Below are positions 26,321 through 38,654 of a DNA stretch of 64,000 nt, one piece after another. Origin of the DNA: Octopus sinensis (taxonomy: Eukaryota); the NCBI RefSeq assembly GCF_006345805.1, contig NC_043006.1:3534001-3598000 (forward strand), in the 5' to 3' direction. The translations under genes and the position numbers were made by a program. Below the pieces are notes generated by a model. The model saw only the letters and a list, made by a program, of their open reading frames with translations. It made no database searches and was not told the origin of the DNA. Position 1 is the stretch's first letter; each line of letters begins with the position of its first letter.

Positions 26321-27044
26321 TAGATGCACATATAGTACTAATGTGTAAAATGAGTTTTGCAGTAACAGCAAGGTAAAATTAATGCACAAATGTTTATGGG
26401 GAAAAGAATGCATATCGGAAATACATGCAACCAAGTTAATTGCAATATTTTATTGTTATGACTAGACTTAGTTGGAGGTTATTGGCCGGTGTTAGAAAGG
26501 GAGAATGCATGCCAGTAGAACCTTTAGTTTTAATTTTGTTTTCCGGGTATACTCACTAACCAAAAGTGTATCTGTTGTGAAATAATTTGTAAATCAATAT
26601 TAGATTTAGAAAGCGAAGAGAAGCCAGCAAAAAAGTGATTGGGATCAGAAGGAATGGTGTAGCACATTCACTCTGTTGTGTTATTTGTCAAATTACTGTA
26701 AAAATTCCGATTCTAGAGATTGACATATCATCTAAAAGAACATATAGAAACATGGTTAATAGATGAGAACGAAGAAATAAAAAAATGACTACTCTTATAT
26801 ACTGTGCTTTGTTGTAGTATTATAATACAGAAGATGTATCAGTTGGAAAATGAAGATGGAAATGTATGATGGGTATCTTTCGAAGTATATCATTTTTGCA
26901 TTTATTTTATTTTATTTGCCTCTGTCGCTGGACTTCAGCCATGCTAGGGCAAGATTTCGAAGAACTTGGTCAAACAAATAAATCCGCGTACTTATTTTTA
27001 AAGTTTGGTACACAGTAATATTTTGTGATTCAGCACTCCCATCA

Positions 27045-27185
27045 CTTACACCACCACTTCAGGGTAAATGTTTCTTGTAATATGGCACGAAAATGTTTTC
27101 AAGTTTTAGATAAACGCTTTCCTAAATTTAGCCAGTATTATAAAATTTTCAATGGACACACGGTTAAACTTGCGTACTCTACCTA
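27045..27185 (+). mobile_element. Penelope-like element fragment (RT C-terminal region)
   Basis: Frame reads FRVNVSCNMARKCFQVLDKRFPKFSQYYKIFNGHTVKLAYS, matching the recalled PLE motif NV.TNI.KKF..LLDKHFP....YHKIFNRHTVKLSYS. Confidence 0.6.
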
Positions 27186-27317
27186 ATATAGCTGAATATT
27201 CAGTAAGAATATATTCAGTATTCAGTAATTATTCAGTAATAATATATTCAGTAATTCAGAATATTCAGTAATTAAACTGTGCGATTTATGATACTACAAC
27301 AACTGACCCTCCATCTC

Positions 27318-27690
27318 AACTTCTTACCGCATAGCCACGCCATGGTCAGTAACAATAAATACATGTTGTTTTGTATGAATTAAGGTGTCGCTAATTCTCT
27401 GAATTTACATCCAGCACCTTAATTCAAAGATCAAAAGATCACAAATAAAACTTTTTATCTTAATTTTCATCACATTTTCTAATCACATTAGCACACAAAA
27501 ACATATATATGCATATAGATAAACATATGTACATATACAGGTATGTATAGACACAAGCACATATATACGTAGTAAATCTTTATGAATTAAGGCGCTGGAT
27601 GTAAATTCAGGGAATTGACCATTCTTAATTCATGCGAAACAACGTATGTTTATTGTTACTGACCATGGAGCAGCTGTGTGGTAAGAAGCT
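27318..27690. repeat. Inverted repeat (~115-bp arms, ~145-bp spacer)
   Basis: 27318-27431 is the reverse complement of 27576-27690. Confidence 0.85.
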
Positions 27691-27858
27691 GGCTTCCTGA
27701 CCATATATCTTCGGGTTTTATTACCACTGCATGGCACTTGGGCAAGTATCTTCTACTATCACCTCGGGTTGACCAAAACCTTGTGAGTAGATTTGCTAGG
27801 CGGAAACTAAAAGAAGCCCGTCGAATATATATAAGTATATATATTATATATATATATT

Positions 27859-27889
<31 letters not shown>

Positions 27890-28095
27890 CTTTGTCTTTG
27901 TGTCTGTTTATCTCCACTCCTCTCTGCTTGACAACCGGTGTTGGCGTGTTTACGTCCTCGTAACCTAGGTGTTCGGCAAAATAAAACGATAGAATGAGTA
28001 CGCTTAAAGAATAAGTCCTGGAGTCGATTTGTTCTCGACTAAAGGATGGTGCCCCAGCATGACCGCAATCACATAACTGAAACAAAAGAATGAAA
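27665..28095 (+). mobile_element. SINE family A, full length
   Basis: Head to tail ggtgccccagcatgaccgcaatc..ctgaaac. Confidence 0.85.
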
Positions 28096-28449
28096 GAATA
28101 CCAAGCTAATTTTACCAAGTCTCGGCCTTTCCTAGATTATAGATCGATTGAGAAAATTTCGTACGTTTCCTTAGAATCGAATTGCTTCCTTAACCATGAT
28201 GTTTTGGTGATCTGATGAACAAGCTATCTTTATTCGTTTTGATTTGTGTATATGCAGTTTTATTGTATAATGAATAGTATGCTTATTAATGCAGACATGA
28301 AAATATAAATTATTATACACTGAAATTATTACACGAAGAAGGCTGCGAAACGAACATCATCCTGTCATACTTGCTGAATTTTTACGATAGACATATATAT
28401 ATAAATTATTAAGGTAGCTATTCGCAATTTAGAACTGATTGGCAACTAG

Positions 28450-29924
28450 TACTGTTGTCACTATAGTGACGGAGGACGCAGAAAAACAGTTGGTCATCAA
28501 ATTGAAAGGTTACTGAATAATTTTCAGAGCACCATATCTAAATAGGTTTACATCAAAGCGTTGGCTCCGGTCATCTGCGAGCCTTTAACACGTCTATTCA
28601 ATATGTCATTGGCGACGGGTGTTATACCTGCGGACTGGAGAACAGCGATAATCTGCCCAATTTTCAAGAAAGGGAGCCGCGAAGACCCGCTTAACTACCG
28701 ACCGGTTTCCCTTACTTCAATAATCAGCAAGATGTTAGAAACCATCCTTAATTAGTTAGTTAGTTAATTTGGCTCAAAAGCAAATAGCAAGGCCATGTAG
28801 GGGGACATGGAGTTAAGTACAGGGTGGTGTTCATGTAAAGAGTTCAGGCCACTTGAGGTCCAGGAAGGCTTTGAACAAAGCGGTCGTCGGCATCTTCACC
28901 ATCTCGTCTGGCAGCTTGTTCCACGGATCCGCAACCCGGATCTTAAGAAAAGTATGATGCTCCACCTCCAAAACACAGCCTCTATCTCTGATTCGCAACA
29001 CGGCTTCGTGCCGAAGAGATCATGCTTGACCAACTCACTGGTAATGGAAGATTTGGTGACGCGCATCCTCGATGATGGTGATGCTGTTGACATGGTTTTA
29101 TTGGACTTTGCCAAAGCTTTTGACTCGGTAAACCACCGCCTATTACTTGTCAAGCTTCAAGCATATAGTTTCCATCTGGATATTGTACGATGAGTTGGTG
29201 CCTTCCTCTCAGATCGCTCCTTCCAAGTCCAAGTTAATGGTTCGCTGTCCGACGTCTCCAGTGCGAGCAGTGGCGTGCCTCAAGGTTCAGTGCTTGGGCC
29301 CTTATTGTTCTTATTCTTCATAAATGACTTGCCCGACGACCTCACGCAACACACACTTCTATTTGCCGTTGATGTCAAACTGGTCGCTCCTCACGGTGAT
29401 ATAGAGGATCTTCGTCGATGCCTCCACCAAATTTGGAGATGGTCTAACGAATAGGACCTGTGTCTGGACGTGTCAAAGTGCTGTTATCTGCCTGTTGGCT
29501 CTCCTCCAGCAACTCAACTTGATTTGAAGAAAGGCTGAAGACGCTCGACTTTTATTCTCTAGAAAAACGACGACGCCGTGGAGGTCTCATTCTTGCTCAC
29601 AACATCATAAGCGGAAAGGGTAACCTCTCGAAAGAGCTGTTCTTCACTCCTGCTCCAGAGCGTCGGCTGCGGCGTCATTCCGAAAAGCTCTATCTGCGAC
29701 GATTTCATCTCAATCGAAGGAGAGGGGCTTTCTCCGTCCGGGTTGCGGATCCGTGGAATAAGCTGCCTGACGAGATGATGAAGATGCCGACGACCGCTCG
29801 GTTCAAAGTCTCCCTTGACCTCAAGTGGCCTGGACTCTTTACATGAACACCACCCTGTACATAACTCCATGTCCCTCTACATGGCCTTGCTTTTTGCTTT
29901 TTGAGACAAAAAATTAACTAACTA
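28450..29924 (+). mobile_element. CR1/L2-group LINE, degenerate RT with (TAAC)n tail
   Basis: IPADWRTAIICPIFKKGSREDPLNYRPVSLTS, QHGFVPKRSCLTN, LDFAKAFDSVNH, GVPQGSVLGPLLF, FAVDVKL. Internal deletion near 29540. Confidence 0.9.
28752..28941 (-). mobile_element. 5'-truncated copy of the same LINE, inserted antisense into it
   Basis: Reverse complement of 29737-29924 (~90% by eye). Short cttaa duplication at the ends, and the host frame ETIL/KKSM resumes after it. Confidence 0.85.
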
Positions 29925-30044
29925 GCTGTCATTGGCTTCGATGTTTCCGTTTGACGGCAAATACTCCAAGCTTCAAGGTCACTGTCGATCTGCTCCTTGA
30001 AAAACAATATATACAAATACATACATACATGTATATGTATGTAA

Positions 30045-30129
<85 letters not shown>

Positions 30130-30254
30130 ATATAATATATATATATATATAAGCGTCAAAGAAGTTCCCATTCTTCCTGAGCGTTAAACTAACTCACCTG
30201 TTTGTTGTTCTTTCACTTGTCTTCGTCTTTTGTTTTTGGTAATTTGAACTTTTA

Positions 30255-30298
<44 letters not shown>

Positions 30299-30375
30299 GT
30301 AAAGAAACAGAAATGTTGTATAGAAGTAACATATATATCAGTTTGTGCACACATACTTTGTGAACATGCGTATGT

Positions 30376-30413
<38 letters not shown>

Positions 30414-30689
30414 CATTTAGTAGTGACTGATTCACAGAGTTACATATGTTTTATACCAGAATACTTCAAAAACGTGCACAGAACCGGAAATTTCACAGTG
30501 GCGACGCAGAAAAGTGTCGACCAAACAAATAAACATACAATGCATATTTCTGCATCTATGTTTTTTTTTATATCTACGCGTACACATGTGTGTATATATA
30601 TATATATATGTGTGTGTGTGTGAGTGTGAGTGTGTGTGTGTGTGTGTGTGAGTGTGTGTGTGTGTGTATATGTCTGTGTGTGTGTGAGT

Positions 30690-30741
<52 letters not shown>

Positions 30742-30885
30742 TGCTGGGAGTGTTTTTTGTCTTTCCATTTGCAAACGGGTTTTCCAAGTCCTATGCAGGC
30801 GAGGGAACGAGCTGTAAACTTTGCCGCTGTCTCACCGGCAGAACACGGCCTACATTATAGCAGCGTATAGCAGCGTCTTTGTTAC

Positions 30886-30926
30886 CTCAAGTACATCATA
30901 GCAGAATTCATCAAGGTGTTTGCACT
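30886..30926 (-). other. Candidate micro-exon (41 nt)
   Basis: ttttactcgtag|AGTGCAAAC...CTTGAG|gtaaca. Open frames read CKHLDEFCYDVLE or SANTLMNSAMMYL. Confidence 0.2.
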
Positions 30927-30964
30927 CTACGAGTAAAACATACCACCTACTCCATTCAGTCTGT

Positions 30965-31125
30965 CTCTGCAGCTTTTACATGTTTCAGTCATTAGACTGC
31001 GTCCGTGCTGGGGCATCGCCTTGAAGAATTTTTAGTCGAATTTATCGACCTCAGTACTTCTTTCTTAAAAGTCTGGCACTTATTCTGCTGACCATTTTTG
31101 CAGAACCGCTAAGTTACAGGGACAT
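30965..31125 (-). mobile_element. SINE family A, 3' part
   Basis: tttcagtcattagactgcgtccgtgctggggcatcgcc. Confidence 0.75.
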
Positions 31126-31299
31126 CACCACACACACGTGTATAAATACATGTGTATGCTTGTGTGTGTGTGTGTGTGTGTGTGTGGATGTGTGTTGTGG
31201 TGTATGTATGACACCAGTTGTTATGTCCTGTTTTTTATTTTTTACTGTGTTTGTATAACATTATCCGTTTATTTTTCCCTCCTCGTTTTTGTATACATT

Positions 31300-32420
31300 C
31301 GCTGCTTTCTTCCAAGGAATCTAATGCTCTTAGCTTAGGATGTTGTGAAATTGTACGGCTCGCTTTTTTGACTTACTCTGAATTCCATAAGATGTCGTTT
31401 GCGCTCCAGTTTGGAATTTTCACAATCACAAGCCTGCCATTCTGATACAGACCCCTGCCAATGACGTTAAAACAACTTTGTCGTTGGTTGGTCAGTAAAA
31501 AGCTTCCTAACTAACGTATTTCGGTGCATTACGAGCTTCACATGGTAAAATTAAAATCATCTGTTTCGTCCATTTTTAACCAGCAATTACCTTGTCAGAA
31601 AAAATGAAATTGTTTGCATAAAAAACTGCAGGTTACTTTTTCTATGTCATCTACCTGCTTTCTGGTAAAATGAATGACTTCCAGAAAATATCTTAGCATA
31701 TGGAAGCATAACAGCCAACACTGTCAGATTGCAGGAATTTATATGTACTTTTTTTCATGAGTCTTACACTTGTGCGATAATTGACACGCTTTTATTCACA
31801 GATTCAAAATCATAAACTGTTTTATATCAACGGTTATTCCAAGATCGTTTTACTAACAAGTTAATGAGTTTACATTATGTCTGCTTTAGATGTTTCTGTG
31901 GTCTTTCAAAGAGAGAAATTTTGTGTTTTACGAGATATTTCAATTTTTCTTGCTTGTTATCTTCTCTGTTATCTTTTCTACTTCGACATTGGTGCCGTTG
32001 TATTTTGCTGCTTTTAGTTATTTTGCAGAAGGCTGTTCTGTCACTATGCAAAAGATCGTCGTTTATATCAGTTCTTTGTTTTATCTGAAAATATGTGTAG
32101 GTGTTTGCGGGAATATTTTAAACCTGAATTTAGTTCACATAGAAAAAAAGGCCAGTATTCTGCTGCTTGAATTTTATATTCATTGTCAAACCAAGAAGGT
32201 AATTTTCAATGCATCTCGGTTCTTATTTTGCGTGGGCCTTTCTTCAAGTTGAGTTAAGGAACATTTTCCTCTTGTGTTGTCTTGTTATTTCTGTTCTTCA
32301 GGAAGTAGATTTTCAGGGCATACGTTTATCTTGCTCAGGCATGTTTTTTTTTTTTCATATCTGTTCTTTTAAGCAGACACTTCTGGGTGAAAGAGGAATG
32401 TTTTCGATCGAATATCTAAC
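31300..32420 (-). mobile_element. Very old LINE fragment (L2/RTEX-like, EN-RT linker region)
   Basis: Stop-riddled frame containing LPSWFDNEYK in an A-rich sense strand. Family call is weak. Confidence 0.35.
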
Positions 32421-32566
32421 GTCAGGTCTTTTATTGTTTGCATTCTGTGTTTATTTTTAACTTTCATGTAGATAAACGGGTCTCAATTCTATGGAAACAA
32501 TATTTAAAAAAAAATCTTATTGTATAAAAGTAAAAAAAATAAGTTTATTTGTGGATGTAACATTTC

Positions 32567-32983
32567 GGATCTTTTCGGTTTGAACGGCAGTTTTTAACAT
32601 AATTTCTAGATAACTAAAAAATTTTAAACTTCGCATACTGGTAGAATGTATTTATAAAATATATTTTTCTCTTGGCTTTATTGAGAAAATTCTATAGTTT
32701 GTAAGATATTTGTTGTTTTGTTTCTTCAATTTCTGCAATTTCAACCAATCAGTGACGTCTATTGAGTTAAAAAGCATTCTGTGCTTTATGAATATGTCCC
32801 TCGTTTAAGAAACAGATTACATTTGTGAAGAAAAAAATATACCATCCCCCCTAACCCTAACCCTAGCTAACCCTAACCCTAAAAGAGATTGAAATGCAAT
32901 AGATCGATTCTAGGGTCATAATTATGGGTGATAATTTCATATGACACCGCTAGAAAAAACTGCCGTTCAAACCGAAAAGATCC
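32567..32983. mobile_element. 417-bp MITE with 29-bp TIRs, 8-bp TSD and internal (CCCTAA)n
   Basis: TIR ggatcttttcggtttgaacggcagttttt at both ends. TSD aacatttc at 32559-32566 and 32984-32991. Confidence 0.9.
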
Positions 32984-33711
32984 AACATTTCTTTTCAATT
33001 TACTGATGTGTGCCCTCCTACTGAAAGACCGACTCATTGAAACTATGATCCAAGAGGTTATTCCTGTTTGCACTTAAATAATCATACGCATGCACAACCC
33101 TACGCACGCACACACGCGCGCGCACACATTTTAACGATGTAGACACAAAGGGCTTTGTATGATTGTGTATAGAAGATTATATTCCTCAAAGGAATTCCAA
33201 CTCTGATTTACACATTTTATTTATAATCTTATGATATTAATAAAAGATATAAAATAATATAGTAAAAACAAATGAAATGAAGTAATGTTGTTGTGGAAGA
33301 CCAGAATGAAAGGTGTAATGACAGACCCCATGATCTCTGGCCTCGCTTGTCAGAGCGCCAGTTTCGAAAAAGATGGAAGCGTGTTGCACGTATGCTGGGC
33401 GTGAAAGACACTGCATGAACACGCTATAAGTCATCTACCAAGGTTTCAGTGGAAAAACAGGGCTCGTGGAGGCGGCAATCTTGTTTTTTCTACTTCATGT
33501 GTCCTTTTCGTGTTTTTGTTTTGTCAATTTGTATCATCCAATTTCCGATTTTATTGTAAATATCATAGTTTTCACATGACCCCAATCATGTTGTGCTGTC
33601 CCCTTCTATGTTGGCCCTTTATGGGTAATAAAGAAATCGCAGAACCTGATATTATGCTGTCGTTTATTCATCGATACTCAAAAACTGAAATTTCACCAAC
33701 TGAATACTCAC

Positions 33712-33816
33712 CATGTAGTGCCTTTATGCTTTTTGCTGAATTTTACATCGAGAAAAGAACCCTCAGGAAGGAGGGCTGAATTTCGAATACTTCGTACAAC
33801 CACTTTTCTGAAACGG
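33712..33816 (-). other. Candidate host-gene exon (105 nt, phase 2-2)
   Basis: Acceptor ttttttttcctaacctgcag with a branch-point-like ctaac, donor ATG|gtgagt, length divisible by 3, and one open frame RFRKVVVRSIRNSALLPEGSFLDVKFSKKHKGTT. Confidence 0.4.
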
Positions 33817-33907
33817 CTGCAGGTTAGGAAAAAAAATCTTAATCGCGTCTTTCAATTTAGGTTTTTATTTTTCATGTTTATATTCGTATTTCATTGTTAA
33901 GTTTATA

Positions 33908-34473
33908 TTGGGTTGTCCGGAAAGTTCGTTCTGATTTTTAAAGGAAAGTAAAGATCACTAAATACTTGCTATTACATTTTTAATGAACCAAATCTGAACC
34001 ATTTCGTTGCACAATACGTCTGCATCTTTCCTTTAACTTGAAAATACCCTCTTCCCAGAATTGGGGTGGTTTCAAGGCAAAGAATTCGTCAAGGTATCTT
34101 TTTACGTCATCTAAAGAATTGAAATTTTTACCATTAAGACTTTTCTGCAGAGACTTGAATAAGTGGAAATCCGAAGGAGCAATATCTGGGGAATAGGGAG
34201 GGGGTGGGTAACACATCCCAGCCGAGCTGCAGTAATTTTTGTCTGGTTCCCAAAGCATCAAGTGCCGAAAATGAACTTTCTCATCTTTTATTTTAAAGGG
34301 TTACAGAATTAACACAGGTTATAGGAACATAAACCTTCTTCCACGAAAAGATAGCTTAAACTGTGCTCTAAATGGAGGTGTAGTCAAATCCTATTTTATG
34401 GACTCAACCATGTTCTAAAATAAGTCGAAAGATAAGCTACTATAAATCGGCACGAACTTTCCGGACAACCCAA
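33908..34473 (-). mobile_element. 566-bp non-autonomous mariner with both TIRs
   Basis: TIRs ttgggttgtccggaaagttcgt and TA TSD. Transposase N-terminus (EKVHFRHLMLW) is fused to the C-terminus (GTRQKLLQLGWDV..YSPDIAPSDFHLF). Confidence 0.9.
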
Positions 34474-34698
34474 TATTTCTATATTTTTATCATGAAACTC
34501 TTAGCATAAATATGTGTATATTCGTATGGAATAATACCTCATGTGCTACATCTGAATTTTCTTGTCTGAATGTTTTAAGACAAATAACCGAAATTTTTAT
34601 CGTATACCACATTTTATTAATACTTCGCTCATATACGGAGACAAAAATGTCGTACTATATACTGAAGGTTATCTCCATTAAAATTCTCGTATTATATA

Positions 34699-35426
34699 CA
34701 CTGGCGAAAATAAATTTAAGACCGATGATAAAAGTTCTATTTCTTACAAAATATTATGTTACTAGTCCTTTGCCGAACTTTATATTGACCAGTCTCCGAG
34801 TATAACTTCCACGCTTGCACGCAAGCCGGTTTACAGCACTTCAGTTGCTTGCTGATGTTCGAAAAGGAAACTTTTTGCTGTAATATACGATTTTTGCTCT
34901 CGTGACTGGACTAAGGCTACGTTGTTTTCCCATTATTAATAAAGTGTATAATAACATTAAATTATAATTTTATATGGTGCATTTAGGCTCGTTGTGTGAC
35001 CACCCATTTTGGCCCAAAAAATTGCATACATATTACATGGTCTTAAACTAATTTTGCCGGTAAATTTGAAACGTTTATATTACGTTCTGAGTTCAGAATT
35101 CCGCCGAGGTCGACTTTGCCTTTCATCCTTTCGGGGTCGATAAATTAAGTATCATTTACGCACTGGGGTCGATGTAATCGACTTAATCCGTTTGTCTGTC
35201 CTTGTTTGTCCCTTCTATGTTTAGTCCCTTGTGGACAGTAAAGAAATATATATTAATTTAGCATTAGAATTCTTCAAGCTGTATAAAAATTGTTTGCATC
35301 ATTCGAAAGAGAAATAAATTTTGCATAAGGTGTAAAAGATATAAATAATTTGTATGGTGTTAGTAACAAAATATTTTGTAAGAAATAGAACTTTTATCGT
35401 CGGTTTTAAATATATTTTCGCCAGTG
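34699..35426. mobile_element. Tc1/mariner-type MITE with ~65-bp TIRs, containing a SINE B (35050-35250)
   Basis: TA|cactggcgaaaata..gataaaagttctatttcttacaaaatatt.tgttacta is mirrored at 35360-35426|TA. Confidence 0.85.
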
Positions 35427-35434
35427 TATATATC

Positions 35435-36510
35435 TCAGGTCATCCCATAAGTTCTGTCCGAATTTTGGATAAAGAATCCAAATGATCAAATGTTATATTT
35501 AATTGAAATTTAATCATCAATGTACTTTCCCTGATTATCTATGACTTACCCCCATCTATTTACAAGCTTTTTAATCCCATCAATGTAAAACTCTGTTGGT
35601 TTCAAAGCGAAGAACTCTGAAATGTCAGGTTCGACCTCCTCTTGGCTTATTGTGTCCCCCTTATAATTCTGTAAACTATGAAACAAATGGTATCCTGAAG
35701 GAGTAAGGTTGGGAGAATAAGTTGGATGAAGAAATCTTTCCAAACCGACCTCTTCGATCTTCTGTGATGTGATCTTTGCAGTGTGGGGTTGCGCATTGTC
35801 CTGATGAAACATTACTCGTTTTCGACTCACTAAAGCGGCTCTTTTTTCCTTCAAAGCTTGGTTCAAACGCTCTAATTGCTGACAGTAGACTTGAGCATTG
35901 ATTGTTGCATTAGGTGGTAACAATATAAAGTGAATTACGCCTTTGCAATCGCACCAGATAGAGTAGAACCTTTTTTCCCATGAAGTTCCCTTCTCGGTTG
36001 TGGTTGAACGTTTTCCCTTTTACCAAGCCACTGTTTACGACGTTTAACATTTCGATAGAAGATCCATTTTTTGTCACCAGTGACAAGTCTATCCAAAAAG
36101 GGTGAAATGAGTTCGCAAGAATGGGGAGACGAGCAGATGTCAACTCGGGATTTGCAATTGCTTTCGGACAATTCATGAGGCACCCATTTTCCAAGTTAAT
36201 GAATCTTTCCACGTTGTTGAAGATGACGATGAACTGTTGTATGGTTTGAAGTAAGCTTTATTGCCAATTCTTCAACTGATAATGCAGGATTTTCTTCAAG
36301 TAATGCCTCAAGGAGCTTATCATCAAACTCAACTGGACATCCTGTTCGATTTTCATCTTCAATTTTGCAAACGATCTCCTGCAAGTTCTTTCATTCAAGC
36401 ACTTTCCCATAAACTGAGTGTATGTTCCGAGTCACTTCGGCTTCAGAGTTACCTTTATTGTACTCATAAAGAATTATATGTGCCTCAAATGCTCCTTGGA
36501 TACTTCCATG
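35435..36510 (-). pseudogene. Mariner transposase pseudogene (DD34D type)
   Basis: WVPHELS, LVTGDKKWI, HQDNAQPH-x34-G (third Asp mutated) and YSPNLTPSGYHLF. One TIR-like end at ~35435. Confidence 0.9.
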
Positions 36511-36689
36511 TTGAAAGGGTTTTAATCAAAGCAATTTTAGGCTGTCCACGAAACCTGGGTACATGGAATAAAATCATAACATAAACAAATATAAGAAATA
36601 ATAATTTTCCTTTTTTACTTTTGTTTAAATTAAATAAAAAAATACTTTACTTTTCTAAATTTATTTGTTATTTTTTCTACATATGATTG

Positions 36690-37170
36690 AATGATGGCTC
36701 TGTCTAAAGAAGAAAGAATCCCAGATCGAATGATGGATCTGTCTAAAGAAGAAAGAATCGAATTAGTATTATTAAGTGGACGAAAGGGATGGTCTTATCG
36801 CAAAATTGCGGAAGAATTTAATCTTCACACCCTTATAGGCAACCTATTTTTTTTACTGCCGTCGGGAAATTGATCAAGAAATTTAAAAAAACAGGCAATG
36901 TTTTGGATAAACCCCGTTCCGGGCGACCATGGACTTCAGATGAAACGAAAGAGACAGTCATGGCTAAAGTTTCTGCTAGCCCAAAGAAATCACTTCGTCG
37001 GACATCCACGGTGTTAGGTGTTCCAAAACCAACCATCCACAAAATGCTGGTTGAGGAAAAGTTTCATTGATACAACCTACATATATAGCATCACTTAAAT
37101 GAAGACGACCCTGATAGACGAATGTAGACGTGCGAATAGTTTTCAGATAAATTGGATGAAAATATCAATT
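36690..37170 (+). pseudogene. Tc1/rosa-type transposase N-terminal fragment
   Basis: MDLSKEERIELVLL..KFKKTGNVLDKPRSGRP..SPKKSLRR..LNEDDPDRR. A 39-bp tandem duplication covers the start. Confidence 0.75.
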
Positions 37171-37261
37171 TTCAATATATATATGTATATATGTATATAT
37201 GTGTATATATGTATATATGTATATATATATATGTATATATATATGTATATATGTATATATA

Positions 37262-37309
<48 letters not shown>

Positions 37310-37320
37310 ATATAATATAT

Positions 37321-37362
<42 letters not shown>

Positions 37363-37369
37363 ATATATA

Positions 37370-37406
<37 letters not shown>

Positions 37407-37789
37407 TAATATTAGCCGCCATGATAGATCGTTAGCCACTACACACATTTTTTTCTCTCCTTGTTTTTTCTGTATCCCTTTCTGTAGAAAAGCGTAGGCT
37501 ACAGCAGAAGACACATGCCAAGTCACCACACAGTCGGACTGAACCCAGGACCATGTGTTTGGAACGTAGTTTGTTACCACACAGCCACACCTGCCCCTAT
37601 GTATGTGTGTGTGTGTGCGCGTATGTGTGTATGGGTAGATATATTATGTATGTATATATGTGTATATATATGTGTACATATTACATGTACATCTATATAT
37701 ATACATCTACACATAAAATACAAAATACAAAGTTATATATTGATATCGCTAGTGATAACAATACTCAAAATATATAACAGACTGGAATT

Positions 37790-38623
37790 GTAGGCCCGTC
37801 TCTTGTAATTTCGATCAATTGGATCTTGTCCTCCCCCTTGTATAGAAGTGTACGGCTGCAGCGAAATTCATTGTTGGACTTTCTTCTATCGAAGGCATTT
37901 TAATAAAAATGCTTCCCTAAAGATGGTGAAAATATTGTCAATTTCCCCAAACAGGGACAGAATTCAATTTTTAAACAATAACCAAAATATATAACAGGGA
38001 GGGTTACGGTTTACAATTATTTAACAAATGCAACACAACAACGTTTCCCTGACGAGGAACCAATAAACGTGATTACAATAGTCAAACAGTAATAATAATA
38101 ATAACAAACCTTTTTAATTTATCCCCATTTATGTGAAACCACTTATTCAAGTTTAAGTCATTGATGCAAATTTATACGAATTGCTAATACACACATACAC
38201 ACACATAATAAGGGTGAAAAATTGAATATTAATTTGATTAATATGAATTGAAAACCAGTGGTGTAGCATATAAGACCATAGCACATATTCTTCTAGCAAA
38301 ATGGATGACCACTGTTAATGGTTCATCCCTGTTATATAATACTTTCACTTTAATAGTTTCAGTATTAAAGTGAAAGTGTCTGCATAACAAAAGAGAGATG
38401 TTTTTGTTTCACTTTTAACACGTAATACTGAAATAGTGGAGAAGATATGATATTGCTGTGGGGTCGCCCTAGGGAAAAAGTTAAAATTTCTTTGCCGATG
38501 ACACTCCCCGGACCTTAAGTAAGGCATGTGTAAAATTTGAATGAAATTGGTTGTGTAGTTCTCAAGTTTTAGGGAAACACACAGACAGACAGACAGACAG
38601 ACAGGCACACATTCTCAGTTTTT

Positions 38624-38630
<7 letters not shown>
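37790..38630 (-). mobile_element. Deletion derivative of the Helitron/ORF1 composite
   Basis: 38111-38630 matches 14765-15208. 37863-38110 matches 12783-13035, including the ORF B start (MPSIEESPTMNFAAAV). Confidence 0.75.

Positions 38631-38654
<24 letters not shown>

Noticed and set aside
27190-27275. (aatattcagta)n short repeat
   Set aside because: Small degenerate slippage repeat with no further structure.
32849-32881. Interstitial telomere or chromosome fusion scar
   Set aside because: A short tract lying inside a TIR- and TSD-bounded MITE.
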